NCBI RefSeq assembly: GCF_000092105.1
Contig: NC_014148.1
Span: forward strand, 2,850,001-2,882,000
Length of the DNA stretch: 32,000 bases
Direction: 5' to 3'
From: Planctopirus limnophila DSM 3776
GTDB lineage: Bacteria > Planctomycetota > Planctomycetia > Planctomycetales > Planctomycetaceae
In this document: piece by piece, positions 8,845 through 18,189 of the stretch
Layout: the number at the start of each line of letters is the position of its first letter
Numbering within the stretch: the first letter of the stretch is position 1
Position numbers and translations under genes: made by a program
The notes under the pieces: generated by a model
What the model was told of the DNA's origin: nothing
The model's input: only the letters and a program-made list of their open reading frames with translations
Databases searched by the model: none

Positions 8845-8876
8845 AGGCCCGGAAGTTTGTAGTAACTTCCGGGCCT
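8845..8876. terminator. Bidirectional intrinsic terminator between convergent genes
   Basis: AGGCCCGGAAGTT (8845-8857), loop TGTAGT, then AACTTCCGGGCCT (8864-8876). It is flanked by an A-run upstream (ATAAAA) and GCTTTATT downstream, so a U-tract exists on both strands. Confidence 0.6.
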
Positions 8877-8903
8877 GCTTTATTCTGTCACATAGTCATT
8901 TGA

Positions 8904-9293
8904 TCAGCCGGTCACATCCTGTAGAACCGATTCTGTCACATAAATGGGAAGAAAAGGTTGATAATGTACGGCCAATGCGATGGCATCACTGGGCCTGCTA
9001 TCAATCTCAATCAGTTCCCCCTGTTGACGGATGCGAATCGAGGCATAGTAAGTGTGATCCTCCAGATGATTGATCACCACATCCTGCACTTCAGCCCCCA
9101 ATTGCTCGGCAATATTCTTCAGTAGATCATGAGTGAGTGGTCTGGGCGGTACATCGCCTCGCACACGCCGGTCGATGCTGGTCGCTTCAAAGAGACCTAT
9201 CAGAATCGGGAAGGCTCGCGAGCCATCGACTTCCTTCAGATAAATGACCTGCTGATCATTGATCTCGCTGATGATGATCCGCACAAGTTCCAT
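8904..9293 (-). CDS. Bifunctional nuclease (BFN / DUF151) family protein
   Basis: The sequence MELVRIIISEINDQQVIYLKEVDGSRAFPILIGLFEATSIDRRV.......RPLTHDLL.NI.EQLGAEV..VVI..L.D.TYYA.I......ELIEIDSRPSDAIALAV matches the BFN domain. ATG at 9293 follows GAGGGAGAAGG. The track start at 9320 is a GTG. Confidence 0.8.
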   Translation of the reverse strand: MELVRIIISEINDQQVIYLKEVDGSRAFPILIGLFEATSIDRRVRGDVPPRPLTHDLLKNIAEQLGAEVQDVVINHLEDHTYYASIRIRQQGELIEIDSRPSDAIALAVHYQPFLPIYVTESVLQDVTG

Positions 9294-9370
9294 CTGGACA
9301 AGCACAGCCTTCTCCCTCACTCAAACATCTGCCATTCGCTTCGATCGTATATTCTCACAGGATCCCTGCC

Positions 9371-9417
9371 AAAAACAACCTTGCCCGGTCAGCAAATGAA
9401 ATTGCTAACCGGGCAAG
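9371..9417 (-). terminator. Intrinsic terminator downstream of the 9465..9908 gene
   Basis: The minus strand reads CTTGCCCGGTTAGCAA-loop-TTGCTGACCGGGCAAG. This forms 10 + 5 bp with one mismatch, followed by GTTGTTTTTG. Confidence 0.7.
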
Positions 9418-9464
9418 CGATAATTCATGGTTTTTCCAACAGCCGCAAAGCTGTCAGATTATCT

Positions 9465-9908
9465 CTAGTGGCCAGCAAGCATGTCGGCCATCTGCTTCGC
9501 CAACTCCGGGCCCACGGTCTGCACGATTTCGCGGGCTTTGCTCAGAGCAGTTTCGGCATCGCTATAGGTTGTCAGGAAGCTCAGTGCCGCAGCTACAGCC
9601 ACGGCAGATGACGAACCACTCGTGGCAACGCTCACTGCGGGCTTACGGCCGGGCTTGGCTCCGGTCTTTTTCTTGGCAACCTTCTTGGTTCGCTTTGGTA
9701 CTGGCTTGCCATCGGCAGCCAACATCGACTTTCGAACCTGACCAATGGCGGCAGCAGGATTACTACCCCATTCCCAACCGTCGTACTGCGACTCAATACT
9801 GCTCTTCACCTGAGCGTTGGTGGCCTTTTCCGGCCCACCCAAGGCAATGATGGTTTCACGATAGAGTGCAGACTTGTTGATCGAACTGTCAAACTTTGCC
9901 TTAGCCAT
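9465..9908 (-). CDS. Hypothetical basic protein with Lys-rich, AT-hook-like linker (possible nucleoid-associated/DNA-binding protein)
   Basis: 147-aa ORF with an ATG start. The central tract is KPVPKRTKKVAKKKTGAKPGRKP, flanked by two small, probably helical, domains. It has its own terminator. No family recognised. Confidence 0.6.
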   Translation of the reverse strand: MAKAKFDSSINKSALYRETIIALGGPEKATNAQVKSSIESQYDGWEWGSNPAAAIGQVRKSMLAADGKPVPKRTKKVAKKKTGAKPGRKPAVSVATSGSSSAVAVAAALSFLTTYSDAETALSKAREIVQTVGPELAKQMADMLAGH

Positions 9909-10611
9909 GAGAATCTCCTGAGAAGCAACTGCTCACATTTTTTGCGAGTCAGCACTAGAACATATTGACTGGAAATATCCCTCAGAATGCTGCCACAACC
10001 TGCGGGAACCTGATCACAACTCAGCAACTTCATGAATCACTATCAAGAGTGCTGGTATTGTCATTTACTATAGTGCAGCCCAATCGTTCATTTTGCAAGC
10101 CTATCTGGCTACTGAATGAATAGCCCATGGCTTTTAGAAGATTTTCCGGTTTATCTAACGACTACTTGCTGCTGCCAATCAACAAACATCCGACTTAGCC
10201 AGCTGAATCGAGTCCTTTGCTCCAGCTTAAGTACCACGACTACAAAAACACTTGAATAAACTATAGACACACAGAATTACTGTTCACAACAACCCTGTTG
10301 GCGAAAAGCGTAGTAGAGTTTGACTATTCAACTCGCTTTCAAGCATTCAACTGAATTTTTTAGCAGTCTGACCCGGCTTCTCTCCCCCTATCAGGGAAAC
10401 AAATGTCTGATATTTACACTAAGCAGATCAGCTGTGTTTTGGCCGAATTTACCAGTAAGCCTGCGCGATAAAAACTTGCGGCATACCCAGTAACCTCAAG
10501 AAAGATGGGAATGCCAGGCTCTCAACAACCCATTTTCAGGCGGAGAACTTCAAAGCACGAGAGGGTCATGTACAGCCTTGCAGATACAGAAACTGCCTGG
10601 GAACGGGCACA

Positions 10612-11919
10612 TCACCATCTCAAGAGACAGGTTCCCCACGTTAACCCAGCTCCAAAACCGCAGATCAACAGCAGTTCACCCCGCTGCAGGCGTCCGCTGG
10701 CAATCACTTCAGCCAGGGCAATAGGTATTGAGCCAGCCGATGTATTTCCGTACTTATCAAGATTGTTATAAATACGATCCTGCTGGATCCCCAGATCTTC
10801 AGCAACATGATTGATAATGCGCAGGTTGGCCTGATGGAGAATAAACATGGAAACCTGCTCAATGGAAACCTGAGCTTGTTCCAGTGTAACAAGGATACTG
10901 TTACAGACGGCTTTCACGGCCCATTTGAAAACATTCCTGCCGTCCATCTGCAGATAGGTTTTCCCTTCACGAAGATCAGACTCCGTGAAGGGGTGGAGTG
11001 TCCCGCCAGCAGGCCGATCCAGAAGACTCGCCCCGGAGCCATCCGAACCGAGCTGATATCGCACCAGACCTTGCTTTTCGTCGCCCCGGCCCAGGACAAC
11101 AGCACCAGCGCCATCTCCAAACAACGGTGCCACCTTAGGATCCCGCGGATTGACAATGCGGCTGTTGCAATCCCCGCCAATCACAAGAGCTCGCCGACTA
11201 TTTCCAGTAACAATAAACTGAGCTGCCGTTGCTAACGCATAAGTAAATCCTGAACAGGCCGCCGCCAGATCCATGGCTGGAGCTTCAATACCCAGATGGG
11301 CCTGCACGAGATTGGCTGTCGATGGGCAGAGATGATCAGGTGTGAAAGTCCCAATAACGACCAGATCCACTTCGTCGGCTGTGATTCCCGCATCGGCCAT
11401 TGCCCGCTGTGCGGCCACAATGCACAGGTGGCTGGTGGCCTGCCCTTCAGCCACATAACGACGCGAGAGAATTCCAGTTCGCTGTTCAATCCACTCGGGA
11501 TCAATGCCACAACGCTCCTGAAGCTCGGCATTGGTTACGACCTGATCGGGAACATACGCCCCGACACCCAGGATCTGAAAACCCAAAAGCTGTGATGTCC
11601 GCGTTGGCCATTGAGGGTCTGCAGTTCTCACGGGCTTCTTCACAACTTCGCCACCGGGTGCTGGTTCACCATGGGAAACTGACTGAAGATGACCGTTGGT
11701 TTTCTGAGAACTCGGACTGGTCTCATATGAGGATGTGATCTCAGATGATGTCGACTCGACAATTTTTTCTATCACTTGAGCCTCTTCGGCAATTCGGTGC
11801 GTCTCTGCCATTTGCAGAAGATCCAGCGGCAGACCTTCGGGCATCATCGACTCTCGAATCTTTTGTCCGATCGATGCATCATGCATATCGAGAATCCAGA
11901 ACACTCGAATCATCGACAC
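10612..11919 (-). CDS. fabH: 3-oxoacyl-ACP synthase III (KAS III, FabH family) with a ~100-aa N-terminal extension in the ORF
   Basis: The core is ILGVGAYVPDQVVTNAELQERCGIDPEWIEQRTGI..R. The Cys-His-Asn triad context is present: DLAAACSGFTYAL, LHQANLRI, GNTSAGSIP. The true start is uncertain; a GTG (VKKPVRT...) with GGTGG upstream would remove most of the extension. Confidence 0.85.
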   Translation of the reverse strand: MSMIRVFWILDMHDASIGQKIRESMMPEGLPLDLLQMAETHRIAEEAQVIEKIVESTSSEITSSYETSPSSQKTNGHLQSVSHGEPAPGGEVVKKPVRTADPQWPTRTSQLLGFQILGVGAYVPDQVVTNAELQERCGIDPEWIEQRTGILSRRYVAEGQATSHLCIVAAQRAMADAGITADEVDLVVIGTFTPDHLCPSTANLVQAHLGIEAPAMDLAAACSGFTYALATAAQFIVTGNSRRALVIGGDCNSRIVNPRDPKVAPLFGDGAGAVVLGRGDEKQGLVRYQLGSDGSGASLLDRPAGGTLHPFTESDLREGKTYLQMDGRNVFKWAVKAVCNSILVTLEQAQVSIEQVSMFILHQANLRIINHVAEDLGIQQDRIYNNLDKYGNTSAGSIPIALAEVIASGRLQRGELLLICGFGAGLTWGTCLLRW

Positions 11920-12113
11920 ATCGTGAACACCCGGTGCCAGACAAAAAAGGTGTCGACGCTTTCAATGATCTGTGTCAACCAATATGGAAAACTTAACTCC
12001 GTTGCATGCTACCGCTTACGCACTTTGAATTCTAGCCAACATATCGGGACCTGATGGACTTCCCGACGAATTTTCACGGGTCCACGAATTGCCATTTTCG
12101 CTGTAGGAAACTC

Positions 12114-12563
12114 ATGTCCAGCCATCGCATTGCCCTGAAGGGCCCATGGGACTATCTGTGGACCAGTTTGACGAAAAACCAGCAATTTCAAGGCTCTGCA
12201 AAGATGCCTGTCGAATACACCCGCCTCCATGGAGACGAAGCTGGTGAAGTGCAGTATTCCCGAAGCTTCCATTACCCCCGGATTCAAACCCAGCCCAAGG
12301 CTCAACAAGACCTCATCAATGCTCCAGCAGCTAGCTTGGTATTTGTCGAGTTCTCTGGAATGCGCGGAACGGGGAGTGTTGAGTTCAATTCCGAGCTTGT
12401 CGGCACTTTCAACGAAACGAGTGAACAGCATTCATTCCTGCTCCCTCAACCACAGAACATTTTCTCGAAGCTGAGAGTGTTGATTTCCGTCAACGAAGAA
12501 CTGCTGACTCAGAAACTTCCTGCCGGGCTCTTTAGCCCTGTTTATCTGCGAATCGAAGAATGA
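12114..12563 (+). CDS. Hypothetical protein (about 150 aa), beta-sandwich-like pattern
   Basis: ATG at 12114 follows AGGAAAC. The pattern LKGPWDY...G.V.Y.R.F.YP......L.FVEFSG..G.G.V.FN...VG.......F.L........L.I.V resembles small sugar-binding/GH2-N-like sandwiches. The competing antisense ORF 12009..12431 uses more rare codons (ATA x3, AGA x2, AGG, CTA). Confidence 0.45.
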   Translation: MSSHRIALKGPWDYLWTSLTKNQQFQGSAKMPVEYTRLHGDEAGEVQYSRSFHYPRIQTQPKAQQDLINAPAASLVFVEFSGMRGTGSVEFNSELVGTFNETSEQHSFLLPQPQNIFSKLRVLISVNEELLTQKLPAGLFSPVYLRIEE

Positions 12564-12659
12564 CCTTTCTCTCCACTGCGAGATGACGAGAGATTCGATA
12601 GCAATCATCTCTATTGCCCACCTGATCCATCGCAGGCAATGACTCGACTCAGCAGAGTC

Positions 12660-13553
12660 TCATGCAGCCCGGCGTGGAGCAGCAGCCTGATAGGCAATCT
12701 CGAATAGCGAAGGAATTTCAACTGAACTTGATCGACGAGCTTTAATTCTCGCTCCAAATCGATAAACCACCAGTGGCTCCAGCTCAAGTTCGCCGGCAGT
12801 CGTGTCCTCCATCTCAATGCAAGGCACATGATCAAACGGCGGTGAAAACACCAAATGAAAGAGAGACTCCCTCGCTCCCTGCTCAAACTCAATCCGCAAG
12901 TGCCCTTCCTGAACTTCGCGATCATCGTACACAAAGCGGACAACATGACTCACAGAATCGTCGGGAGTCGTTGTCTCGTCATCATTTTTTGGCAGATCAT
13001 CTTCTGCGGAATCTGGCCAGAGACTTCCGACCAGGCTTCTCTCGATCTCATACGGATGAGCATCTGCTGGCGGATGAGCCTCATAAGCGGCCTGAGCCAA
13101 TTGTTTATCAAACGCTGGCAAAAGACCTTGAGTAACCACCTCTGAGGAAGCCGGTGCAGATTTATCCAGCTGGTCTTTAACCAGATTCATGTTTGCATAG
13201 TAAACAGAAGAAGCCAGCGACTGGCCGAGAAACGCAATCAGTATCAGCCCTGCCAACACGCCGGCAAAAAAAGGGGAGCCCGAACTGATAGCGAAGCTCA
13301 ACCAGCAGGCCGCATTGAAACCACCAGCCGCGACCAGCATCCAACTTTGATATGCGACTTCTGAGTCAACACGCCGGGTGATGGTCAGCACCAGCCAGAT
13401 CAGCAGGCAGATTCCGGCCAGAAGCGACGCGATCACCGGAAATCGATCAGCAGATATCGCAAAGACGCTGACACTGATTACGGTGCTTAATGCTGCAAGA
13501 AAGACCTGCATGACAGGCCTCGATCGATGCATCAATTGAAACAGGCCATCCAT
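12660..13553 (-). CDS. Hypothetical membrane protein (about 4 N-terminal TM helices plus ~170-aa soluble acidic C-terminal domain)
   Basis: The ORF is 12660..13580, where the 13580 start is a TTG. ATG at 13553 (MDGLFQLMHRS...) precedes the first helix. No family recognised. Confidence 0.55.
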   Translation of the reverse strand: MDGLFQLMHRSRPVMQVFLAALSTVISVSVFAISADRFPVIASLLAGICLLIWLVLTITRRVDSEVAYQSWMLVAAGGFNAACWLSFAISSGSPFFAGVLAGLILIAFLGQSLASSVYYANMNLVKDQLDKSAPASSEVVTQGLLPAFDKQLAQAAYEAHPPADAHPYEIERSLVGSLWPDSAEDDLPKNDDETTTPDDSVSHVVRFVYDDREVQEGHLRIEFEQGARESLFHLVFSPPFDHVPCIEMEDTTAGELELEPLVVYRFGARIKARRSSSVEIPSLFEIAYQAAAPRRAA

Positions 13554-13583
13554 GGCAACTATTCCGGCATTCACTCTCAAGCA

Positions 13584-13616
13584 GAAAACCCCGGCTTTGC
13601 TCGCACAAGGCCGGGG
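13584..13616 (-). terminator. Probable intrinsic terminator after metK
   Basis: The minus strand reads CCCCGGC-14 nt loop-GCCGGGG followed by TTTTCTGC, located 15 nt after the metK stop. Confidence 0.5.
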
Positions 13617-13630
13617 TGGTGATCATTTCA

Positions 13631-14809
13631 TTAAGCAATATGGCCGACTGGCGGTAAGGTCGATCCCAGCCCCGCCTGCTCTCGGAGTTTCAAGGCTTTA
13701 TCTGTGGCTTCCCATGTGAAGCCCGGTTCATTACGACCAAAATGGCCACCAGCGGCTGTTCGCTGATAGATTGGTTGACGCAATTGCAACGACTCAATGA
13801 TTCCCAGCGGAGTCATCTTGAAGTTTTCGCGAACCAGCTCGGCAATCTTGCCTTCAGCAATCAGGGCAGTACCGTTGGTGTTGATTCGCACGCTGACGGG
13901 ATCGGCCACACCAATCGCGTAAGCCAGTTGCAACTCACATTCCTTAGCCAGACCAGCTGCTACAATATTCTTGGCAATGTAGCGAGCCATGTAAGCGGCA
14001 GAGCGATCCACCTTCGTGGGATCCTTGCCACTGAAGGCTCCACCACCATGACGACCCCAACCACCGTAAGTATCGACGATAATCTTGCGGCCTGTCAGTC
14101 CGGAATCACCATGTGGCCCACCGATTACGAATCGACCAGTCGGATTAATGTGATACTTGGTGGATGGCTTAAGCAGGGATGTCGGGACAGATTTCCCGAT
14201 CACAGCCGAACGCACAAACTCAGAAATCTCATCTTGCGAAACATGTTCGGCATGTTGTGTCGAAACCACAATTGCCGAGATCCCGACCGCATTGTTCTTG
14301 GCATCGTATTCGACAGTGACCTGACTCTTGCTGTCTGGCCTTAACCAGTTGACTTCACCTCTCTGGCGAGCTTCGGTCAAGCGATTGATAATTCGGTGAG
14401 AGAGTGCAATCGGCAGAGGCATGAGTTCTGGTGTCTGATCACAGGCATACCCGAACATTAACCCTTGATCGCCGGCACCATCGCGGTCGACACCCATCGC
14501 AATATCTGCACTCTGGCTATGCAGCTTGACCAGCACTTCGCAGGTTGCGGCATTAAAGCCGATGTCGTCACTGGTGTAGCCAATCTGCCGAATGGCTTCG
14601 CGGGCGACCTTTTCGTAATCGACCTGAGCATTGGCAGTAATTTCACCAGCCAGACATACAAAATCTGTGGTGCATAACGTTTCACAGGCAACACGAGCTC
14701 GAGGATCCTGGGCTAACAATGCATCGAGGACAGCATCCGAAACCTGGTCAGATACCTTATCAGGATGCCCCATACTGACTGATTCGCTCGTAAACAGAAA
14801 CGTCGACAT
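13631..14809 (-). CDS. metK: S-adenosylmethionine synthetase
   Basis: The N-terminus is [30 protein letters not shown]. The motifs [64 protein letters not shown] are diagnostic. ATG at 14809 has GGAG 6 nt upstream. The track start at 14821 is a TTG. Confidence 0.95.
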   Translation of the reverse strand: MSTFLFTSESVSMGHPDKVSDQVSDAVLDALLAQDPRARVACETLCTTDFVCLAGEITANAQVDYEKVAREAIRQIGYTSDDIGFNAATCEVLVKLHSQSADIAMGVDRDGAGDQGLMFGYACDQTPELMPLPIALSHRIINRLTEARQRGEVNWLRPDSKSQVTVEYDAKNNAVGISAIVVSTQHAEHVSQDEISEFVRSAVIGKSVPTSLLKPSTKYHINPTGRFVIGGPHGDSGLTGRKIIVDTYGGWGRHGGGAFSGKDPTKVDRSAAYMARYIAKNIVAAGLAKECELQLAYAIGVADPVSVRINTNGTALIAEGKIAELVRENFKMTPLGIIESLQLRQPIYQRTAAGGHFGRNEPGFTWEATDKALKLREQAGLGSTLPPVGHIA

Positions 14810-15405
14810 GCCAAACTCCAAAATCCCACCGCATGGAAAGCCTTGCAGGCCACTTCGAAACGTTTGCGATTCTAGGCATTCGGTTGAATCGTCACAACCT
14901 AATCTCCGTTTTCAACCAGATCTCGACTGAAAAGCCATTTGAAATGTCACGCATTCCCGCAGACTTCCGCACAGTCTGAAATGTTAACCACCCCCTCTGA
15001 AACGAGATATGGCGACGATTTTTGATGTTGACATGTTTTGTGTCACTTTTTAGAAGCACTACTCCGCAAAATCTCTTCGCACCTCCGCTCGATCCTTTTT
15101 CCCCCACGATATCTGCTTTCTACAAGCACTGATTCGCCTCTCAACCAAATCCTTTCCCTTCAAAGCCTTTTTCCTCGGCAGTCTGACACTAACTGCTCAG
15201 TAACCATTTTCTCTGCCATTCATCTCACCTGCCACAATTCCCTACCCCGCTTCAATCCACTTCGATGTCTCTGCGAGATGGCCTGTCCGCTGGGCGATAT
15301 CTCACACAATTGCTGACGATTACTGCCATCTTCTCGATTTGATCGTTTTGATCGCTGGCTCCCCTCCTCAAAATTACATCCCTCGATCTCAGGACAAAAC
15401 TTACC

Positions 15406-16278
15406 GTGAACTGGCATTGCTCATACCGGCTCTGTGGGGTCTTTCTGCTGGGAATGACTTCCCTGCTGATCCCCGTTTTTGCCGGTTGTGTGCTGGTGCC
15501 AGGACTTACACAAGAGGCACATCAGCTTCTCAAAAAACAATCGATATCGAGTACGAATCCACTCCCTCCAATCAACGCGCCCGCGAACTCGATTCAACTG
15601 GAAATCCTATTTGTCGAACGCCCGGCCTCAGACCCGACTGTCAGTGAGCAACTCTGGCGGGAAATTGATGAAGTCGGTGCGGCAGCACCCGGCTTAAGGC
15701 AGTTGATGCAACAGAACGGGCTGCGGATTGGCACTGTCGGTGCCTCGCCTCCTCCGATGCTGCAAGCACTGCTGGGAATGTCGCGGCAGATCGAAGATGA
15801 GTATTCACTCAGTCAATGCGTTCGCAGAAAAGTGGTCGTTCAATCGGGTGCCACCACTGATATTGATGTCAAATCATGGCTGGATCCTATGGAAGTCAGC
15901 CTGAATGAAAACGGAAAAACGACCTCAAAAACCTTTGAGCAACTTCAGTGTGTCCTGAAGCTGCGCCCACATCGACTGCAGGATGGCTGGGTTCGCCTCG
16001 ATTTCATCCCAGAACTCCACCACGGGCAGGAGCAGATGCGACACACACCGACAGATGCCGGTTGGGAACTTCGGGGCGGAAAACTGGTCGAAACCTGTTA
16101 TGCACAGAAGTTTTCTGTCACCCTCAATACGGGTGAAATGGCCGTCGCCTCCTGCACTAATGCTGCAGAAACCAATTTGGGGGGCAACTTCTTTGGCCAG
16201 CCTAAACAACTGCAACCCAAGCAGAAGGTTCTTGTGGTACGTTTTGCCGGCATGCACAAGCCAGAGACGCTCCCTTAA
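15406..16278 (+). CDS. Putative lipoprotein with secretin-like sequence pattern
   Basis: The N-terminus is MNWHCSYRLCGVFLLGMTSLLIPVFAGC, with lipobox FAG|C; the start is a GTG. Downstream segments IQLEILFVERPASD, LKLRPHRLQDGWVRLDFIPELHHG, FSVTLNTGEMAVAS and KVLVVRFAG resemble the conserved blocks of secretin C-domains (by-eye pattern only). Confidence 0.6.
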   Translation: MNWHCSYRLCGVFLLGMTSLLIPVFAGCVLVPGLTQEAHQLLKKQSISSTNPLPPINAPANSIQLEILFVERPASDPTVSEQLWREIDEVGAAAPGLRQLMQQNGLRIGTVGASPPPMLQALLGMSRQIEDEYSLSQCVRRKVVVQSGATTDIDVKSWLDPMEVSLNENGKTTSKTFEQLQCVLKLRPHRLQDGWVRLDFIPELHHGQEQMRHTPTDAGWELRGGKLVETCYAQKFSVTLNTGEMAVASCTNAAETNLGGNFFGQPKQLQPKQKVLVVRFAGMHKPETLP

Positions 16279-16326
16279 AGAGGAGGATGCAGCAAAAGGC
16301 GAGCACGAAGTGCTGCAAATCGCTCA

Positions 16327-18189
16327 TCATAAAGCAGTTTCTTTGTTGCCAGCCGCAATCCTTTGCCTGAGTTTTTCCTCAGAGACCTGAGGGATCGCGG
16401 AGATGAGACGCCGGGTGTACTCATCCCGCGGATCAGCGTAGATCAGTTCGGACGGGCCGTACTCCACAAGACGCCCTTGATTCATGACGGCAATCATATC
16501 CGACATGAACTTCACCACACTGAGATCGTGACTGATGAAGATATAAGTCAGCCCGCGTTTTTCCTGCAGATCTTTCAACAAATTGAGCACCTGCGCCTGA
16601 ACCGAGACATCCAGTGCCGACACCGACTCATCGCAAATTATAAATTCCGGCTCCACAGCCAGTGCCCGGGCAATACAAATCCGTTGCCTTTGACCACCGG
16701 AGAATTCGTGCGGATACCTGGGCAGATGTTCTTCTTTGAGACCCACCTCGACAAGCAATTGTGCTGCCATGTCGCGGCGGTCATTTTTGTTGGCACCAAG
16801 CTGATGCACAGCCATCGCTTCCGTCAAATGCGCCTCGACAGTCATGCGAGGATTCAGCGATGCGTAAGGATCTTGAAAGACAATCTGCAGTTTGCGGCGA
16901 TGATGTCTTAAATTTCGCTCCGATAACTGGCTCCACGGGATTCCGTTAAAGTCAAACTCTCCACCCGTGAATGAAATCAGCCGCATCAGGGCTCTTCCCG
17001 TCGTGGTTTTTCCGCAGCCTGATTCTCCAACAAGCCCCAATGTCTGGCCTCGATACACATTAAAGCTGATTCCATCCACAGCTTTAATATGCCCAGTGAC
17101 TCGACGCAGGAAACCAGTGCGTACAGGGTAATAGACCTGTAGATCACGTACCGATAATAGAGGCTTGGTTCCTTCCGGAATGAATCGGGTCTCAGGAATC
17201 GCCGAGACATCGTAGCCTAACGAAATCACTTCGGATCTGGGAGAAAACAAGCGATCCCGGGCATTCTTCTCCGCCAGCACCAATCGTTCGCTGTTGGCAT
17301 GCTTCTCCACGATTGTGTACTCACCAGTCGCCTGGTTTTCCACGACGTCCATAAAGTCCGCTACTGTGTTCAACCGCTTCTTTTGTGACTCAAGCGTCGG
17401 GCGGCAGGCAAGCAATCCTCGGGTGTAAGGATGCTGCGGATTCGTGAAGATCTTTTCAATGGGCCCCTGCTCGACCAGTTTCCCTCGATACATGACGGCA
17501 ACATCATCCGCAATTTCTGCAATCACACCCAGGTCATGAGTAATGAATAACACAGACATTTGCCGTGTCTGCTGCAATTTTCGAATCAACCCCAGTATCT
17601 GTGCCTGGATCGTGACATCAAGCGCCGTCGTGGGTTCATCGGCAATCAGCAGCTGGGGATTACAAGCCAGCGCCATGGCAATCATCACACGCTGTTTCTG
17701 GCCACCAGACATCTCGTGAGGATAGCTGTGAATTCGCTCACCTGGATTGGGAATTCCCACTTCATGAAAAAGCTCGATCACTCGCTGCATGACATTCTTT
17801 TTGGTGGCCTGCTTGTGAAGTAACAATACTTCGGCGACCTGACTTCCGACCTTATACACCGGGTTCAGCGATGTCCCCGGCTCCTGAAAAATCATACTGA
17901 TGTCATGGCCGCGCAGTTCCTGCATCTGCCGCGAGGGTAATCTCACCAGATCTTTGCCAAGAAATGTAATCGTGCCCTCGGCAATCCTGGCGCTGCTTTC
18001 TGGTAACAGCCGCATGATGGAGAGCGAAGTAACTGACTTGCCTGAACCAGATTCTCCCACGAGTCCGAGAATTCGCCCTTTTCCGATATTCAGTGTCAAA
18101 CCATTCACTGCGGTAAAGTAGCCGTTCTCCGTACGGAACTGCGTCACAAGGTGATCGATTTTCAACACTGCCGATGTCGTCTCAATCAA
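16327..18189 (-). CDS. ABC transporter ATP-binding protein with two fused NBDs (DppD/DppF-, GsiA/YejF-like)
   Basis: There are two Walker A motifs ([16 protein letters not shown]), two signature motifs ([16 protein letters not shown]) and two Walker B motifs ([24 protein letters not shown]). The oligopeptide-type C-terminal boxes are present ([22 protein letters not shown]). The start is a TTG. No permease or binding-protein gene lies nearby. Confidence 0.9.
   Translation of the reverse strand: MIETTSAVLKIDHLVTQFRTENGYFTAVNGLTLNIGKGRILGLVGESGSGKSVTSLSIMRLLPESSARIAEGTITFLGKDLVRLPSRQMQELRGHDISMIFQEPGTSLNPVYKVGSQVAEVLLLHKQATKKNVMQRVIELFHEVGIPNPGERIHSYPHEMSGGQKQRVMIAMALACNPQLLIADEPTTALDVTIQAQILGLIRKLQQTRQMSVLFITHDLGVIAEIADDVAVMYRGKLVEQGPIEKIFTNPQHPYTRGLLACRPTLESQKKRLNTVADFMDVVENQATGEYTIVEKHANSERLVLAEKNARDRLFSPRSEVISLGYDVSAIPETRFIPEGTKPLLSVRDLQVYYPVRTGFLRRVTGHIKAVDGISFNVYRGQTLGLVGESGCGKTTTGRALMRLISFTGGEFDFNGIPWSQLSERNLRHHRRKLQIVFQDPYASLNPRMTVEAHLTEAMAVHQLGANKNDRRDMAAQLLVEVGLKEEHLPRYPHEFSGGQRQRICIARALAVEPEFIICDESVSALDVSVQAQVLNLLKDLQEKRGLTYIFISHDLSVVKFMSDMIAVMNQGRLVEYGPSELIYADPRDEYTRRLISAIPQVSEEKLRQRIAAGNKETAL

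Noticed and set aside
9909-10611. Known housekeeping RNAs (RNase P RNA, tmRNA, SRP/4.5S, 6S) in the long AT-rich spacer
   Set aside because: The conserved boxes I know are absent on either strand: the RNase P GGAAAGTCCGG box, the tmRNA tRNA-like end and the SRP GGAAG/AGCAG domain IV. Only a short CCCGGCTT fragment is present.
12009-12431. 140-aa minus-strand ORF competing with the 12114..12563 plus-strand ORF
   Set aside because: It would fit the surrounding minus-strand orientation and has an SD-like GGAG/AGGA. However, it uses more rare codons (ATA x3, AGA x2, AGG, CTA), while the plus-strand product shows a recognisable beta-sandwich-like pattern. The call remains uncertain.
13742-14344. 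200-aa ORF antisense to metK
   Set aside because: Shadow ORF inside a diagnostic metK reading frame.
14810-15030. Possible SAM riboswitch in the metK 5' leader
   Set aside because: I read the minus strand upstream of the start. The conserved SAM-I core is not present, and I could not match SAM-II/V, SAM-III or SAM-VI features from memory. Only short competing hairpins are seen (GGTTGAA...TTCAACC versus CGATTC...GAATCG), which are weak and could be chance. An Rfam cmscan of this interval would settle it.
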